In this document: positions 40,639 to 51,200 of the stretch, piece by piece
How positions within the stretch are numbered: position 1 is the stretch's first letter
Layout: every line of letters begins with the position of its first letter
Assembly: GCA_965369865.1 (NCBI GenBank)
Contig: CBDURU010000001.1
Location: forward strand, 1-64,000
Source: an uncultured bacterium
GTDB lineage: Bacteria > JAJVIF01 > JAPKYR01
Length of the DNA: 64,000 nt
Reading direction: 5' to 3'
Program-made: the position numbers and the translations under genes
Notes under the pieces: generated by a model
What the model saw: only the letters and a program-made list of their open reading frames with translations
What the model was told of the DNA's origin: nothing
Database searches by the model: none

Positions 40639-41316
40639 TCAATCCTTTGTTATTTCGCAGGCTACACAGGGGTCCATGTAGCACATCATGTCATCAAACT
40701 GTTCTTTTTCGACACAGGGCGGCGTCAGGTTGGCGCAGGCTCCGCAAATTGCCTTTTCAGGCTCGTTATAGGTACATCTGAGTTCGCAGACCGGACACAC
40801 ATACATACAGCCGCCGCAGCGACGGCAGACATCGGTTTCGATATCGAACGGGGTACCGATACTCCGATTTTCGCCGCGTCCGCGGAAGCCGATAGCCTTC
40901 GCCATCATCTGCTCCTCGCACATCCGGACGCAGAGTCCGCACAAAATGCAATCCTTGTACTCCTGTCTGAATCGCTGCTGGTGAACTCCGTACTTTGCAG
41001 CGAGATCCTGTATGGTTTTCGACTGCGGGACGACACTGAGCATCAATTCGATAATCATCCGGCGTGCCTTTAGAACTCGCTCCGATGCCGTCCGTACTTT
41101 CAGACCTTCTTCAGCAGGATATGTACAGGATGAAACCATTTTGGCCCTGGGACCCTCTCCGATTTCCACGACGCACAGCCTGCATGCGCCGTATGGAGTA
41201 AGTCCGTCCATATGGCACAGGGTGGGTATCGGGAATCCAAGATGCCGGGCGGCTTCGAGTAAAGTCGTGCCCTCTTCAACCTGAACACCCAGTCCGTTTA
41301 TTGTCAGAGTAATCAT
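40639..41316 (-). CDS. NuoG/HydA N-terminal-like 2Fe-2S + 4Fe-4S subunit (no H-cluster or Mo domain)
   Basis: IPTLCH, GACRLCVVE, CILCGLCVRMC, CRRCGGCMYVCP, extra C-terminal Cys cluster. Confidence 0.88.
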   Translation of the reverse strand: MITLTINGLGVQVEEGTTLLEAARHLGFPIPTLCHMDGLTPYGACRLCVVEIGEGPRAKMVSSCTYPAEEGLKVRTASERVLKARRMIIELMLSVVPQSKTIQDLAAKYGVHQQRFRQEYKDCILCGLCVRMCEEQMMAKAIGFRGRGENRSIGTPFDIETDVCRRCGGCMYVCPVCELRCTYNEPEKAICGACANLTPPCVEKEQFDDMMCYMDPCVACEITKD

Positions 41317-41347
41317 TGCTTTCTTTCCTGGTCACCGATCCATATCC

Positions 41348-43198
41348 CTACCTGGTCTCAACAGCATCGAATTTACACACACTCTTACAGGCTCCGCACT
41401 TAATGCACTTAGTGGTGTCAATAACATGCCGTACTTTCTTTTCACCTGAAATCGCGTTCTCAGGGCAAGCTTTCTTACAAAGGCCGCAAGCAGTACATTC
41501 TTCATTTATGTAATAGTGAATCAGTTCTTCACAGACTCCAGCCGGGCATCTCTTGTTCTGGATATGCTCGACGTATTCATCGCGGAAGTACCGCAAGGTG
41601 GACAGCACAGGATTTGGTGCTGTCTGACCCAAGCCGCACATTGTTGTGTCCTTAACTGTTTCCGCAAGTTCTTCGAGGAGATCCAACTGGTCAAGGGTCC
41701 CCTTACCCCTGGAGACATCATCGAGGATTTCATACATCCGTTGAGTCCCCATCCGACATGTGAAACACTTCCCGCAAGATTCGTCCTTCAGGAAATTCAT
41801 GAAATACCTGGCGAGATCGACCATGCATGTGTTCTCGTCCATGACGATCATGCCCCCTGATCCCATGATAGAACCGACTTTTGCCAGGCTGTCATAATCA
41901 ATTGGCAGATCAAACTTATCTACAGGAATACAACCGCCGGATGGTCCTCCTGTTTGAACGGCTTTTATCTTTGCCTTGCCGACAGGTCCTCCTCCGATGT
42001 CATATACAATTTCATTGATCGTGATGCCCATCGGGACTTCAACCAAACCGGTATTCTTTATCTTACCCACGAGGCTGAATATCTTGGTTCCAGAGTTCCC
42101 ATCGGTTCCTGTTTTAGCGTACTCAGTTGCTCCGTAATCTATAATGACCGGAATATTGGCCCAGGTTTCAACGTTATTAATAACGGTAGGTTTTCCGTTG
42201 ATACCTTTTTCGATGGGAAATGGGGGACGCTGACGCGGCTCTCCCACCTTACCCTCGACAGACCGCATCAAGGCTGTTTCCTCGCCACAAACGAACGCAC
42301 CGGCACCTTTCACAATCTGGATATCGAAGGAGAAATCGGAACCAAGTATGTTCTCACCGAGTAAGCCAAGATCCCTGGCTTGGTTAAGGGCAATAATCAG
42401 GTGTTTTATTGCCAGGGGATACTCATTCCGTATATAGATTACCCCGTCAGTAGCTCCGGAGGCATAAGCGCCGATGATCATTCCTTCTATGATGCTGTGT
42501 GGGCTGCCCTCCAGCACGCTCCTGTCCATGTATGCGCCAGGATCACCCTCATCCGCATTACATACAATATATTTACCTTCGCCGTTATGCTGTTTAGCGA
42601 GTAGTTCCCATTTAATTCCAGTTGGAAAACCTGCTCCCCCGCGTCCTCGTATTTCTGAGGTTTTAACCTGTTCAATCACCCATGTCGGATCCCTTTTTTC
42701 AAGGATCTTACAAAGGGATGAATATCCGCCGTTTTCGATGTAATTATAAATACGAATCGGGTCAACTTTTTCGTTCAGGGCGAGAAGAATCCGAGCCTGC
42801 TTTTTAAAGAAGGGAATATCTTCCTGTTTCTCGATCCTGTCACCAGATGGAGAATCAACATAAAGAAGATCTTCCAGGACCTTATCTTTCAGGACTGCAT
42901 CAATAATCCGATCCACATCCTTCGGTTTCACTTTTGGGTAAAATGTTCTGTTGGGCTCGATAAGCAGCGAGGGCTCCATCTGACAGAAACCGTGGCATCC
43001 TGTAATCCGCAGATTCACTTTCCCCATTAACCTTTTGCCAAGTATCCTGCGCTTCGCTGCCCGGATAAGCTCATTGGCGCCACTCGCCTGGCCACAAGTG
43101 CCAGCATTAATGATTATTGTGGGAACGCCGGGATCGCTATCTTCTGTCAAAACGGAGCGGAGTCTATTAAATTCGTCTATCGACCTTAGGTTTTCCAT
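41348..43198 (-). CDS. NuoF/HydB-like FMN/NADH-binding subunit with N-terminal 2Fe-2S and C-terminal 2x[4Fe-4S]
   Basis: GRGGAGFPTG, NADEGDPGAYMDRS, GAFVCGEETAL, GGPSGG, ESCGKCFTCRMG, CTACGLC / CIKCGAC. Confidence 0.93.
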   Translation of the reverse strand: MENLRSIDEFNRLRSVLTEDSDPGVPTIIINAGTCGQASGANELIRAAKRRILGKRLMGKVNLRITGCHGFCQMEPSLLIEPNRTFYPKVKPKDVDRIIDAVLKDKVLEDLLYVDSPSGDRIEKQEDIPFFKKQARILLALNEKVDPIRIYNYIENGGYSSLCKILEKRDPTWVIEQVKTSEIRGRGGAGFPTGIKWELLAKQHNGEGKYIVCNADEGDPGAYMDRSVLEGSPHSIIEGMIIGAYASGATDGVIYIRNEYPLAIKHLIIALNQARDLGLLGENILGSDFSFDIQIVKGAGAFVCGEETALMRSVEGKVGEPRQRPPFPIEKGINGKPTVINNVETWANIPVIIDYGATEYAKTGTDGNSGTKIFSLVGKIKNTGLVEVPMGITINEIVYDIGGGPVGKAKIKAVQTGGPSGGCIPVDKFDLPIDYDSLAKVGSIMGSGGMIVMDENTCMVDLARYFMNFLKDESCGKCFTCRMGTQRMYEILDDVSRGKGTLDQLDLLEELAETVKDTTMCGLGQTAPNPVLSTLRYFRDEYVEHIQNKRCPAGVCEELIHYYINEECTACGLCKKACPENAISGEKKVRHVIDTTKCIKCGACKSVCKFDAVETR

Positions 43199-43260
43199 TT
43201 ATAAAACACTTCCTGTATTCCCGTTTTCTCTCCCGGCTTTCTGCAAACGCTAAATAATCA

Positions 43261-44109
43261 CTAGAAATTGACTCCGCTGAGATCCAGCATATGGTTCTTA
43301 CAACCCTTTCGCGAACATATCTGGACCATTCCTCCCCCGCTGACAATCATAGGAATCATCGGTGCACCACACATTACACAGTTCGTTGCACCTTTAAGTT
43401 CAGCATGGCAATGTGGGCAGAAGAAATGCACTACAGTTTCTTTCGGTATTTCATACTCGGAGAAAACCTTGTAGCTCCCGTACATGGAGGAAATTGTCAG
43501 CCAGCCATGCTTGCTGCCAAAGGATGCTGTCACACGTATCGATGGGTAGTCATCAATAATGCGTAAAGGGTCCATAAGGCTGTGGTTACACTTGGGACAG
43601 CTGACCTCAACGGGAAAGATATGATAGTCCTGCTCCAGATCCGCTGTTTCGAAACCTTCGGTGGCCTTCCCAATAATTCCCCTGACCTCTGTTTGCCCGA
43701 CATTGGAGAAGTAGTGTCCATCGACCACAACGATAGGACCAAGTGCACAAGCTCCAAGACAAGCCACTGTCTCCAGAGTGAATTCCTTATCAGGTGTAGT
43801 CTCACCGGCCTTGATGCCCAACTGGCTTTCAAATTCCTTGACTATAACCGGTCCTCCCCGGACATGGCAGGCTGTGCCAAGACAGGCACAGATAAGATGT
43901 TTCCCCCTGGGCTCCAGGCTGAAGGCCTTATAAAAGGTGGCCACGCCGTAGATATCAACGAGGGGGATGTTTTTCGCCTCGGCAACCATCCTTAAGGCTT
44001 CTTCAGGAAGGTAACTGAACCTTGCCTGTATGTCCTCGAGGATGGAAATCAGACCGTCCCCTTCCTGACTGTGTTTATCGAGTATATCCTGGACAATATC
44101 TGGATTCAT
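43261..44109 (-). CDS. NuoE/HydC-like 2Fe-2S subunit with a Cys-rich C-terminal extension
   Basis: GVATFY, CLGTACHVRGG, ACLGAC; extra CPKC, CPHC, CVMC and CSRKGC. Confidence 0.9.
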   Translation of the reverse strand: MNPDIVQDILDKHSQEGDGLISILEDIQARFSYLPEEALRMVAEAKNIPLVDIYGVATFYKAFSLEPRGKHLICACLGTACHVRGGPVIVKEFESQLGIKAGETTPDKEFTLETVACLGACALGPIVVVDGHYFSNVGQTEVRGIIGKATEGFETADLEQDYHIFPVEVSCPKCNHSLMDPLRIIDDYPSIRVTASFGSKHGWLTISSMYGSYKVFSEYEIPKETVVHFFCPHCHAELKGATNCVMCGAPMIPMIVSGGGMVQICSRKGCKNHMLDLSGVNF

Positions 44110-44130
44110 AACTCATTATCCTTGCCTGTA

Positions 44131-44475
44131 CTAGCAGTACTCCTCGCAATGCCATACCCCAACTTCCGTGTTTGCATGCATGCACGTGTCTCTGTTATCA
44201 CAATTGACGCAGAGACCCTTTAGAATCATCGTTTCCTCGGGAACATCCGCCGATCTCGCCACTTGAGGGGAAACTCCAGCCTGATATTCATACTCCTCAC
44301 AGTAATGTACAGGATATCCCGGCGTCCGATGAATGCAATGGGGGGTTGCGGCGCACGTGGAGCACAGATCCTGGAACTGCTCATGGGGTTTGATTTCAAG
44401 CACTTTCTTCTCTTTGGCACGTCGGGCTTTCTTCGCCTTCGTGGCTTTCTTCTTCTTTACGCTTGCTTCTGACAC
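44131..44475 (-). CDS. Small Cys-rich hypothetical protein
   Basis: GTG with GGAGG; Lys-rich N-terminus; two CxxC-x5-C-x-H...CEEY repeats. Confidence 0.7.
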   Translation of the reverse strand: MSEASVKKKKATKAKKARRAKEKKVLEIKPHEQFQDLCSTCAATPHCIHRTPGYPVHYCEEYEYQAGVSPQVARSADVPEETMILKGLCVNCDNRDTCMHANTEVGVWHCEEYC

Positions 44476-44540
44476 CTTGTGCCTCCTTGATTGATTTTAC
44501 TTGCTGACTTCCATTTGAAACCCAGCCGCAAGCATTACCT

Positions 44541-44557
44541 TCCAAATGTTGTGCCAA
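44541..44557 (-). promoter_or_regulatory. Putative sigma54 (-24/-12) promoter
   Basis: TTGGCACAACATTTGGA (GG at -12 instead of the consensus GC), next to a sigma54 activator gene. Confidence 0.5.
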
Positions 44558-44753
44558 TACGGAGTAAGAGCCTGCAAATAGTCTATAAAAAGAGAAAATT
44601 TTCACAAAAGCCCTGTTTGCCAGGCATTTCGCGATAAAAAATACGGAAAATCGCCGAGTTCAGGCAATCATTCTGTAAAATATCAGGTGAAAGAAGAGGA
44701 AATATTGATGAAATTTGAATCGGTGGGGAATTTCTCCCCACCCAGGGCGGCTA

Positions 44754-46106
44754 CTATTTATCAGGCAGGTCACTGGCTTTGAGTTTCTCTCTAAGCGTTT
44801 TTCGATCGATCCCAAGTATCTTTGCAGCCTGGGTTTTATTCCCATCAACGCTGGCAAGCACCTTGCGAATATACTCGGTTTCGACCTGGGCAAGGCTTCT
44901 ATCAAGCCCGGTAGTATTATTTACGGAGAAACGCATCAGTGAAGGGAAATCATGAACGCCAATTACATCCCCATCGGTCATGACAATAAGCTGTTGGATC
45001 AGGTTCTGAAGCTCACGGACATTTCCGGGCCAGGAATAATTCATCAGGGCACGCAATGCGTCGTCGCTATACGAGGGCGGCACCCTGCTAGACTCCTCGG
45101 CGAATTTTCTCGTGAAATGATTAACCAGAACAAGGATATCTTCTTTTCTCTTGCTGAGAGGAGGTATGGCAATATTAACAACGTTCAGCCTGTAGTACAG
45201 ATCCTCCCGAAACGAGCCGTTTTCGACCAGCTTCAGGAGGTCCTTATTCGTAGCAGCGAGTATTCTTACATCAACTTTACGCGGCTTTGTAGAACCCACC
45301 ATACAGATTTCTTTGTCCTGCAGCACTCGAAGGAGCTTCACCTGCATAGCAAGGCTCATTTCACCAACTTCATCGAGAAAAATCGTGCCGCCATCGGCAG
45401 TCAGGAAGAAACCGGCGCGTGTTTCATTTGCCCCGGTGAAAGCCCCCTTAACATAACCGAAGAGTTCGCTTTCGAGAAGGCTCTCGGGGATACCGCCGCA
45501 ATTCACGGGTACAAAGGGAGATGAAGCCCTGGGGCTTGAATAATGTATGGCCCGGGCTACGAGTTCCTTACCGGTGCCACTTTCGCCATAAATCAGCACA
45601 GTAGCGGTTGTCGATGCCACTTTATCAATGGCATTGTGAACTTTAAACATGCCATCCGAACTTCCGATCATGCCGCGCGATTCAAACGAACCAATATTCA
45701 GTGGGGCCTCTGCAGTCCTGCGCATATGCAATTTCTCAAGCGCTGTCTGAACAGCACCCAGGAGTTCTTTATCTGTAAACGGTTTGGACAAATATTCTTC
45801 GGCTCCAGCCTTGACCGCCTCCACTGCTCCCCCGACAGTGGCATAGCCGGTGATCATCATCACCTCGGTATCCTTGTAATTTTCTCTGATATGCCTAATC
45901 AGATCGAGTCCGCTGACCCTGGGCATTTTCAGGTCGGTGATAACGAGGTCCAGGGTGGTGGACTCAAGTGTTGTGATCGCCTCGACGACATTTAATGCCG
46001 TGAAAACATGATATCCCTCCCTGGTAAGATTCCTCCGAATTACTTCCAGAGTGGGTTCGGAGTCATCCACAACCAATATGCTTTCCTTTTCATTCTGCGG
46101 TTTCAT
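44754..46106 (-). CDS. sigma54-dependent response regulator (NtrC family)
   Basis: REC domain (VVDD, DLKMP), GESGTGKE, GAFTGA, WPGNVREL, Fis-type HTH. Confidence 0.96.
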   Translation of the reverse strand: MKPQNEKESILVVDDSEPTLEVIRRNLTREGYHVFTALNVVEAITTLESTTLDLVITDLKMPRVSGLDLIRHIRENYKDTEVMMITGYATVGGAVEAVKAGAEEYLSKPFTDKELLGAVQTALEKLHMRRTAEAPLNIGSFESRGMIGSSDGMFKVHNAIDKVASTTATVLIYGESGTGKELVARAIHYSSPRASSPFVPVNCGGIPESLLESELFGYVKGAFTGANETRAGFFLTADGGTIFLDEVGEMSLAMQVKLLRVLQDKEICMVGSTKPRKVDVRILAATNKDLLKLVENGSFREDLYYRLNVVNIAIPPLSKRKEDILVLVNHFTRKFAEESSRVPPSYSDDALRALMNYSWPGNVRELQNLIQQLIVMTDGDVIGVHDFPSLMRFSVNNTTGLDRSLAQVETEYIRKVLASVDGNKTQAAKILGIDRKTLREKLKASDLPDK

Positions 46107-47847
46107 TAATATTTCCCTCGACGTTACCGGAGCCTTCAATGGGAATCCGAATTTCAAAACTGCTGCCTTTACCAACTGTGCTGTGTACTTTTATAGTTCC
46201 GCCGTGTGAAGTTACAATACCATGGACCACCGGGAGACCAAGGCCGGTACCTTCATCAATGTCCTTTGTTGTAAAGAATGGAATAAACAACTGCTTTTTC
46301 ACATCATCGTTCATGCCGATGCCGGTATCTTTTACAACAATGCTGATATCATCCCCTGTGGCTTTTGTAATTATTGAAATTTTGCCGCCATCGGGCATCG
46401 CCTGGATGGCATTGACGATAAGATTGACAAGCACCTGCTGCATTTGAGCCCGATTGGCGGTAACCTCGGGTAAATCGGGAGCAAGTGAACGAACCAACTC
46501 GATTCCCGACTTGGAACAACGAGCCTCAAGAAAAAACAGCCCCTCTTCAATTACCTGATTCAAATCGATCCTGCTTTTATCAGTAGGCAACTGCCGTGCA
46601 AACAGCATGAGTTTTTTCACAATTTCACGAGCATGCAAGGATGCTGTGATAATCTTGTCGATATCAGATTTAACATCATCATGAAGCCCCTCATGCTTGA
46701 GAATGAGTTGCGCAAATCCAAGGATATTGCCCAGGGGCTCATTGAATTCATGGGCTACACCGGCGGCAAGCTGTCCAATCGTTGCAAGCCTGTCGGCGTG
46801 CCTTAATTGATCCTGAAGTTTGTGCCTGTCGGTTTCAGCAATTCTCCGCTCGATTATCCGCGCGACCTGTTTTGATATTGCATCGAGCAGGTGCCGTTCT
46901 TCCTCCAGAAAAGGCCCCTCATCAAGCTCCGGCATCTCCATAGAGTATGCAACCTCGACAACCCCTCGTTTCTCACCTTTTATTAAAATATCCTCCATTT
47001 GTCTCTGCCATTCGTCCTGAAAATCGGAAGTTGAATATGAGTGTTCATCATAAATTATCCTTCCATGCGTAACCTCGGGATATTGCCAGCCTTGTGGAAG
47101 AATTTCTGCGATTCTCTGGAGGATCTCGTCCAGCGCCAGATTGGACTGAGCGGATATCCTGGCAATATCATACAGGCATGAAAGCTCTTTTACCCGCTCA
47201 CGTAACGCGGCTTGAGTGCTCTCGTTCACGAGGGCAATACCAAGGGTCTGAGCAATGCCCTCATAAAACTCAATATCCTTTTCATCAAAGAAATTCTCCT
47301 GCCTGCTTTTCATCTGCAGAAGCCCGATATTCTCCCCGGCTGTAATAAGGGGAATCAGAGTAAGAGAATTATATTCCGCAGAGTGGCCTGCCTTGTCGCC
47401 AGGCGGTTGGTGTCCGGCGGCAATAAATTCACCCGGTATTTCTTTTATATCGCCAATCCAAAAACTACCTTTTTTTGTCATGTATCGCGACGATGACTCT
47501 ATTTTTCCCAACAGCACTTTTTTAATCAGAGGATCGCTTACCTCTACATTCCTACTCGACCCATTTCCCTCTTCAACGCCGGGTTTCATTACATCGAATG
47601 TAAATGACTCCTCACGTACCCTGGCCGCCTCACCGTAATAATTTACAAGATCATCGGCAGTATATATCCCTATAACGTCACAGCCGGTGAAATCCAACAG
47701 GATCCTGGTTATTTGTCTCAGGAAATCACTAATGGAGCTTCCCAGGTTTGCATGTTGAAGGATGCGCAACGAGAGCGAGTGTAACTCCTCGACAGACCTT
47801 CGCTCAGGCGAGGTGTCTGTCGGATCATTTGATGCTTGCTTTTTCAT
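46090..47847 (-). CDS. Cytoplasmic GAF-domain sensor histidine kinase
   Basis: AGVAHEFNEPL, NLIVNAIQAM, DTGIG, FFTTK, GTGLGL; no TM segment seen. Confidence 0.94.
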   Translation of the reverse strand: MKKQASNDPTDTSPERRSVEELHSLSLRILQHANLGSSISDFLRQITRILLDFTGCDVIGIYTADDLVNYYGEAARVREESFTFDVMKPGVEEGNGSSRNVEVSDPLIKKVLLGKIESSSRYMTKKGSFWIGDIKEIPGEFIAAGHQPPGDKAGHSAEYNSLTLIPLITAGENIGLLQMKSRQENFFDEKDIEFYEGIAQTLGIALVNESTQAALRERVKELSCLYDIARISAQSNLALDEILQRIAEILPQGWQYPEVTHGRIIYDEHSYSTSDFQDEWQRQMEDILIKGEKRGVVEVAYSMEMPELDEGPFLEEERHLLDAISKQVARIIERRIAETDRHKLQDQLRHADRLATIGQLAAGVAHEFNEPLGNILGFAQLILKHEGLHDDVKSDIDKIITASLHAREIVKKLMLFARQLPTDKSRIDLNQVIEEGLFFLEARCSKSGIELVRSLAPDLPEVTANRAQMQQVLVNLIVNAIQAMPDGGKISIITKATGDDISIVVKDTGIGMNDDVKKQLFIPFFTTKDIDEGTGLGLPVVHGIVTSHGGTIKVHSTVGKGSSFEIRIPIEGSGNVEGNINETAE

Positions 47848-48082
47848 GCCAAGATCAATGTTAGTGTGGGTCGCATGAAATGTAAAGAGGAGATAAACAA
47901 ATCATATCAAGGTCAGAAATGTTTCAAGCGGTATCGGGAAGCGTATGCCGGGGTTTACGATTAGCCAGGCCATTCTATCCTTCGCATGCAACCGGAAGAT
48001 TTATGGCATGGCCGTTCAAGCGGGTTGTGTGGATTATTAGATATGACACCACGAAACAGGTACAATACAAACCAGTACTTAA

Positions 48083-48222
48083 GGGGCTGTTGATAAAGTT
48101 ATTAGACTGAAAAATCACAAGGGATCAAAGGTTCCGATACCGTTTCCCAAGCGGACGGGACGTCCGCGGTACTGCAGGCGGGACGCATGCGCTACGGGAT
48201 TTAGTACTTTATCAACAGCCCC
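48083..48222. mobile_element. 140-bp MITE, copy 2, with TTAA target duplication
   Basis: Perfect ends GGGGCTGTTGATAAAGT / ACTTTATCAACAGCCCC; TTAA at 48079-82 and 48223-26; colinear with 35962-36101. Confidence 0.9.
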
Positions 48223-48275
48223 TTAAGGAAGGTATTTTTCTTAATTGCCGGCTAACACTCCACAGGAGGAAAAAA

Positions 48276-51200
48276 ATGCATAAAAGCTATCTTCGTATCC
48301 TGCTTTGCCTGACAACGGTTATCCTGCTCGTCCCGCAGAATTCACCAGCGGAAATCGGATCGGACCCGGACCCTTGTGAAACCTACACATTTGAGCGGGA
48401 AATCCGGCTCGCACCCGGGGAATTCTATGCTGTGATCTACAACAATGACCGAAAAGAATTCACCGGGACCGAACCCGACCGCGGTTACGAGGGCCTTCCC
48501 GACAGCGCCCTCAGACAAGTTCTTCGCTCTCCTCTATGGCTCAGAGAAAAATTCATCGACAGGCTTGTCGACCTTTACTATGACGATATCGATGTGGGCG
48601 ATGATGCTGTACCTTTTTTTCGGGATGTCAATGATGATGAGCTGAGAGACCTTCTGGTCGGCAACCCGGATGGCGAAATCAAATGCTTCCTGGCTCCATA
48701 TTTCAGGGAAAATCAGGATTTTGAGACTGGCGATATTGGAACAAATGCAGTTGCGGAAGGGCATGGATTCAGTTTGACCGGGGCAGAAGATGGATCAATT
48801 ACTGTAATAACAGATGGAGAAATCGACGCGCAACTTCAAGATAACCTTAACCGCATAAAAGTGGAAGGGAACTCATGTCCAATCTTTGAGGATATCAACG
48901 GCGATTACCTGCCCGACCTTTTGATCGGCTCATCCGATGGCACCATCAGCGTTTATGAAAATTTCGGTACTAAAGAAAAATGGTGGTTCGTTTCATTCAA
49001 TACTGCAACCGACCGGAGATTCGATGACGATATCGGCTACCTTTCATCACCCCGCATAAAGGATGTCAACAACGATGGCATAAACGACATCGTGAGCGGC
49101 GCTAAAGACGCGCAGGGATTAAGAATCTATTACGGTCCCGATTACACCGAACCAGTCGGTTTCAACTATGATTCCGCTAATGCAAACCGCTTCGATGGCG
49201 CTATCGTCCCGGCGCTTGGTGACTTTAACGGCGATGGCCGATGCGACCACGCAATAGGTCTCGAAGACGGCAGCATTCAGGTTTTCATCACCGATCAGGG
49301 TAACGTATCCCACTGCAGTGAAAATTTTTCAAGGGGAATAAATGTCCCGGGATTCGCAACTCCCTGTTCAGCCGATTTCGATGGCGATGAGATATGTGAT
49401 CTTATAGTTGGCGCGGGTGATGGGAAACTACATTTTTTCAAAGGCACTGGCGATGGATTTGAAATTCTCCATGATGTTTTTGATGGAATTGAATTTGGGG
49501 AATACCCTTCACCTGCCGGATTCGATTTCAATCACGATTCCAGGACAGACCTCGTGGTCGGAAACCGCGCCGGTGAAATCAAAGTTTTCCTGGCGCCTGA
49601 CTGGATTGAGGTCGAACGCGGCCTTGGACTTGTTAACTCCGGAAATTTCACCTCCCCGGCCTTCGGCGACCTCACCGGCGACAATATTCCGGAACTCCTC
49701 ATCGGTTCGATTGACGGGACCTTCCGTTATTACGAAGGCCGGGATGCATCGTGGACCGAGTGCTACTCATGGCAGTTCCATCAAATGTTCAGCGGTGGAG
49801 GAATTGAAGGTTACCTCGAACGGACACATGCCGAAGCGACCCTTTTCCGCGGTATGAATGATGACGAGGCACTGGACGCATTCCTCGAAATTTTTGAAAA
49901 TTCGGCCGATGAATATTTCGATGAGGTTGTCTTCGCCTTCTCCAACATACAAACCGAAATGCTTCGAACGATGAGCCGTCTTAATAACGCCGATCTTCTC
50001 CTTGAGAATGCGCGTGCCATCTACGATTTCGCATCCCGGGTTAAATACGCAAATATCAGGGAAAAAGGGGATTACACAACCATCGAGTATGTCTCCGAAG
50101 ATGGCGCACTCATGGAGATGCCTCGCGATATCTACTACTGGTGGGTTGTACATCCCGTGGTCGAGTATGAAATTCCAGCGCGTATCGACGCATCGTACTT
50201 TCGGCATGACGCTGATTTTTACGGCATTACGGAAGAGGAATGGACACGAAAAGAAATCACCGCGGATGAATTCGAGCACACTCCGGATGCGTACTTCTGG
50301 CGGACTTTCCTGCCGGTCGACAGGCGCTACGGTATGAACCTGCTCGATGTCGTCGAACCCGCTGAAAATATCAGGGAGGCGGCCTATTTGATCGCCGACT
50401 GGATCACATATTCCGGTTCGAGAACGGGACGCTGGAACGAATACGGTTTGCAAAGCAGCGACCTTCAGCCTCTTGTCATCTACGAGAAAAATTATGGTTC
50501 CTGCGGCGAGCAGGCGATGATGGGTGTCGCATTTTCACGAACCGCGCTTATCCCGAACGCGCCTGTGGGATGCTCTGGCGAGGATCACGCATGGAACGAG
50601 TGGTGGATGGACGGGCAGTGGTATCAATGGGACCTCAGCCATGCAATTACAGGCCTTGGACATCCATGGAATGAGAGGCGCGGACATACCGGCACACCCC
50701 TCCTATCAATTACACGACGCAGGGGGGATGGTCTCGTGCAAAATTCAACAACCCGTCCGGTCAATCCACCAGGCTCAAACTATAATCCCGATAATGCCCC
50801 AGGATATACCGAGGTCGGACGTGTGACGATCAGGGTGGTGGACGAAATTGAAGAACCTGTCGAGGGCGCTCTGGTGGTCATAAGAAGCAAGTGGAATAAC
50901 TACTACCGCACTTCTATCTGGGATTACACGGATCCCGAAGGTTATTGCTATCTGGAGCTTGGCAATCCTGCCACCGGTTCATGTGTTGTGGACGTCATCA
51001 CGCCGCTTGGAAATACCGGCACCGAATATTTTATCGTCAGGGAAAATGAGGAGTGCGAATACACATACACACTACCGGGACGTTTTAACGGGAGAATTTT
51101 GGATTCTTCATCGTTCGGAACACGCGATTCCACTTTGAATAATCTCGAAGTCTCCATAAACGTAATTGAGGAAGAGCAAAGACCGCAAAATTTCTCGACC

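Noticed and set aside
40639..44109. Respiratory complex I nuoEFG or an FeFe hydrogenase
   Set aside because: No membrane nuo genes are adjacent, and the NuoG-like protein lacks H-cluster motifs.
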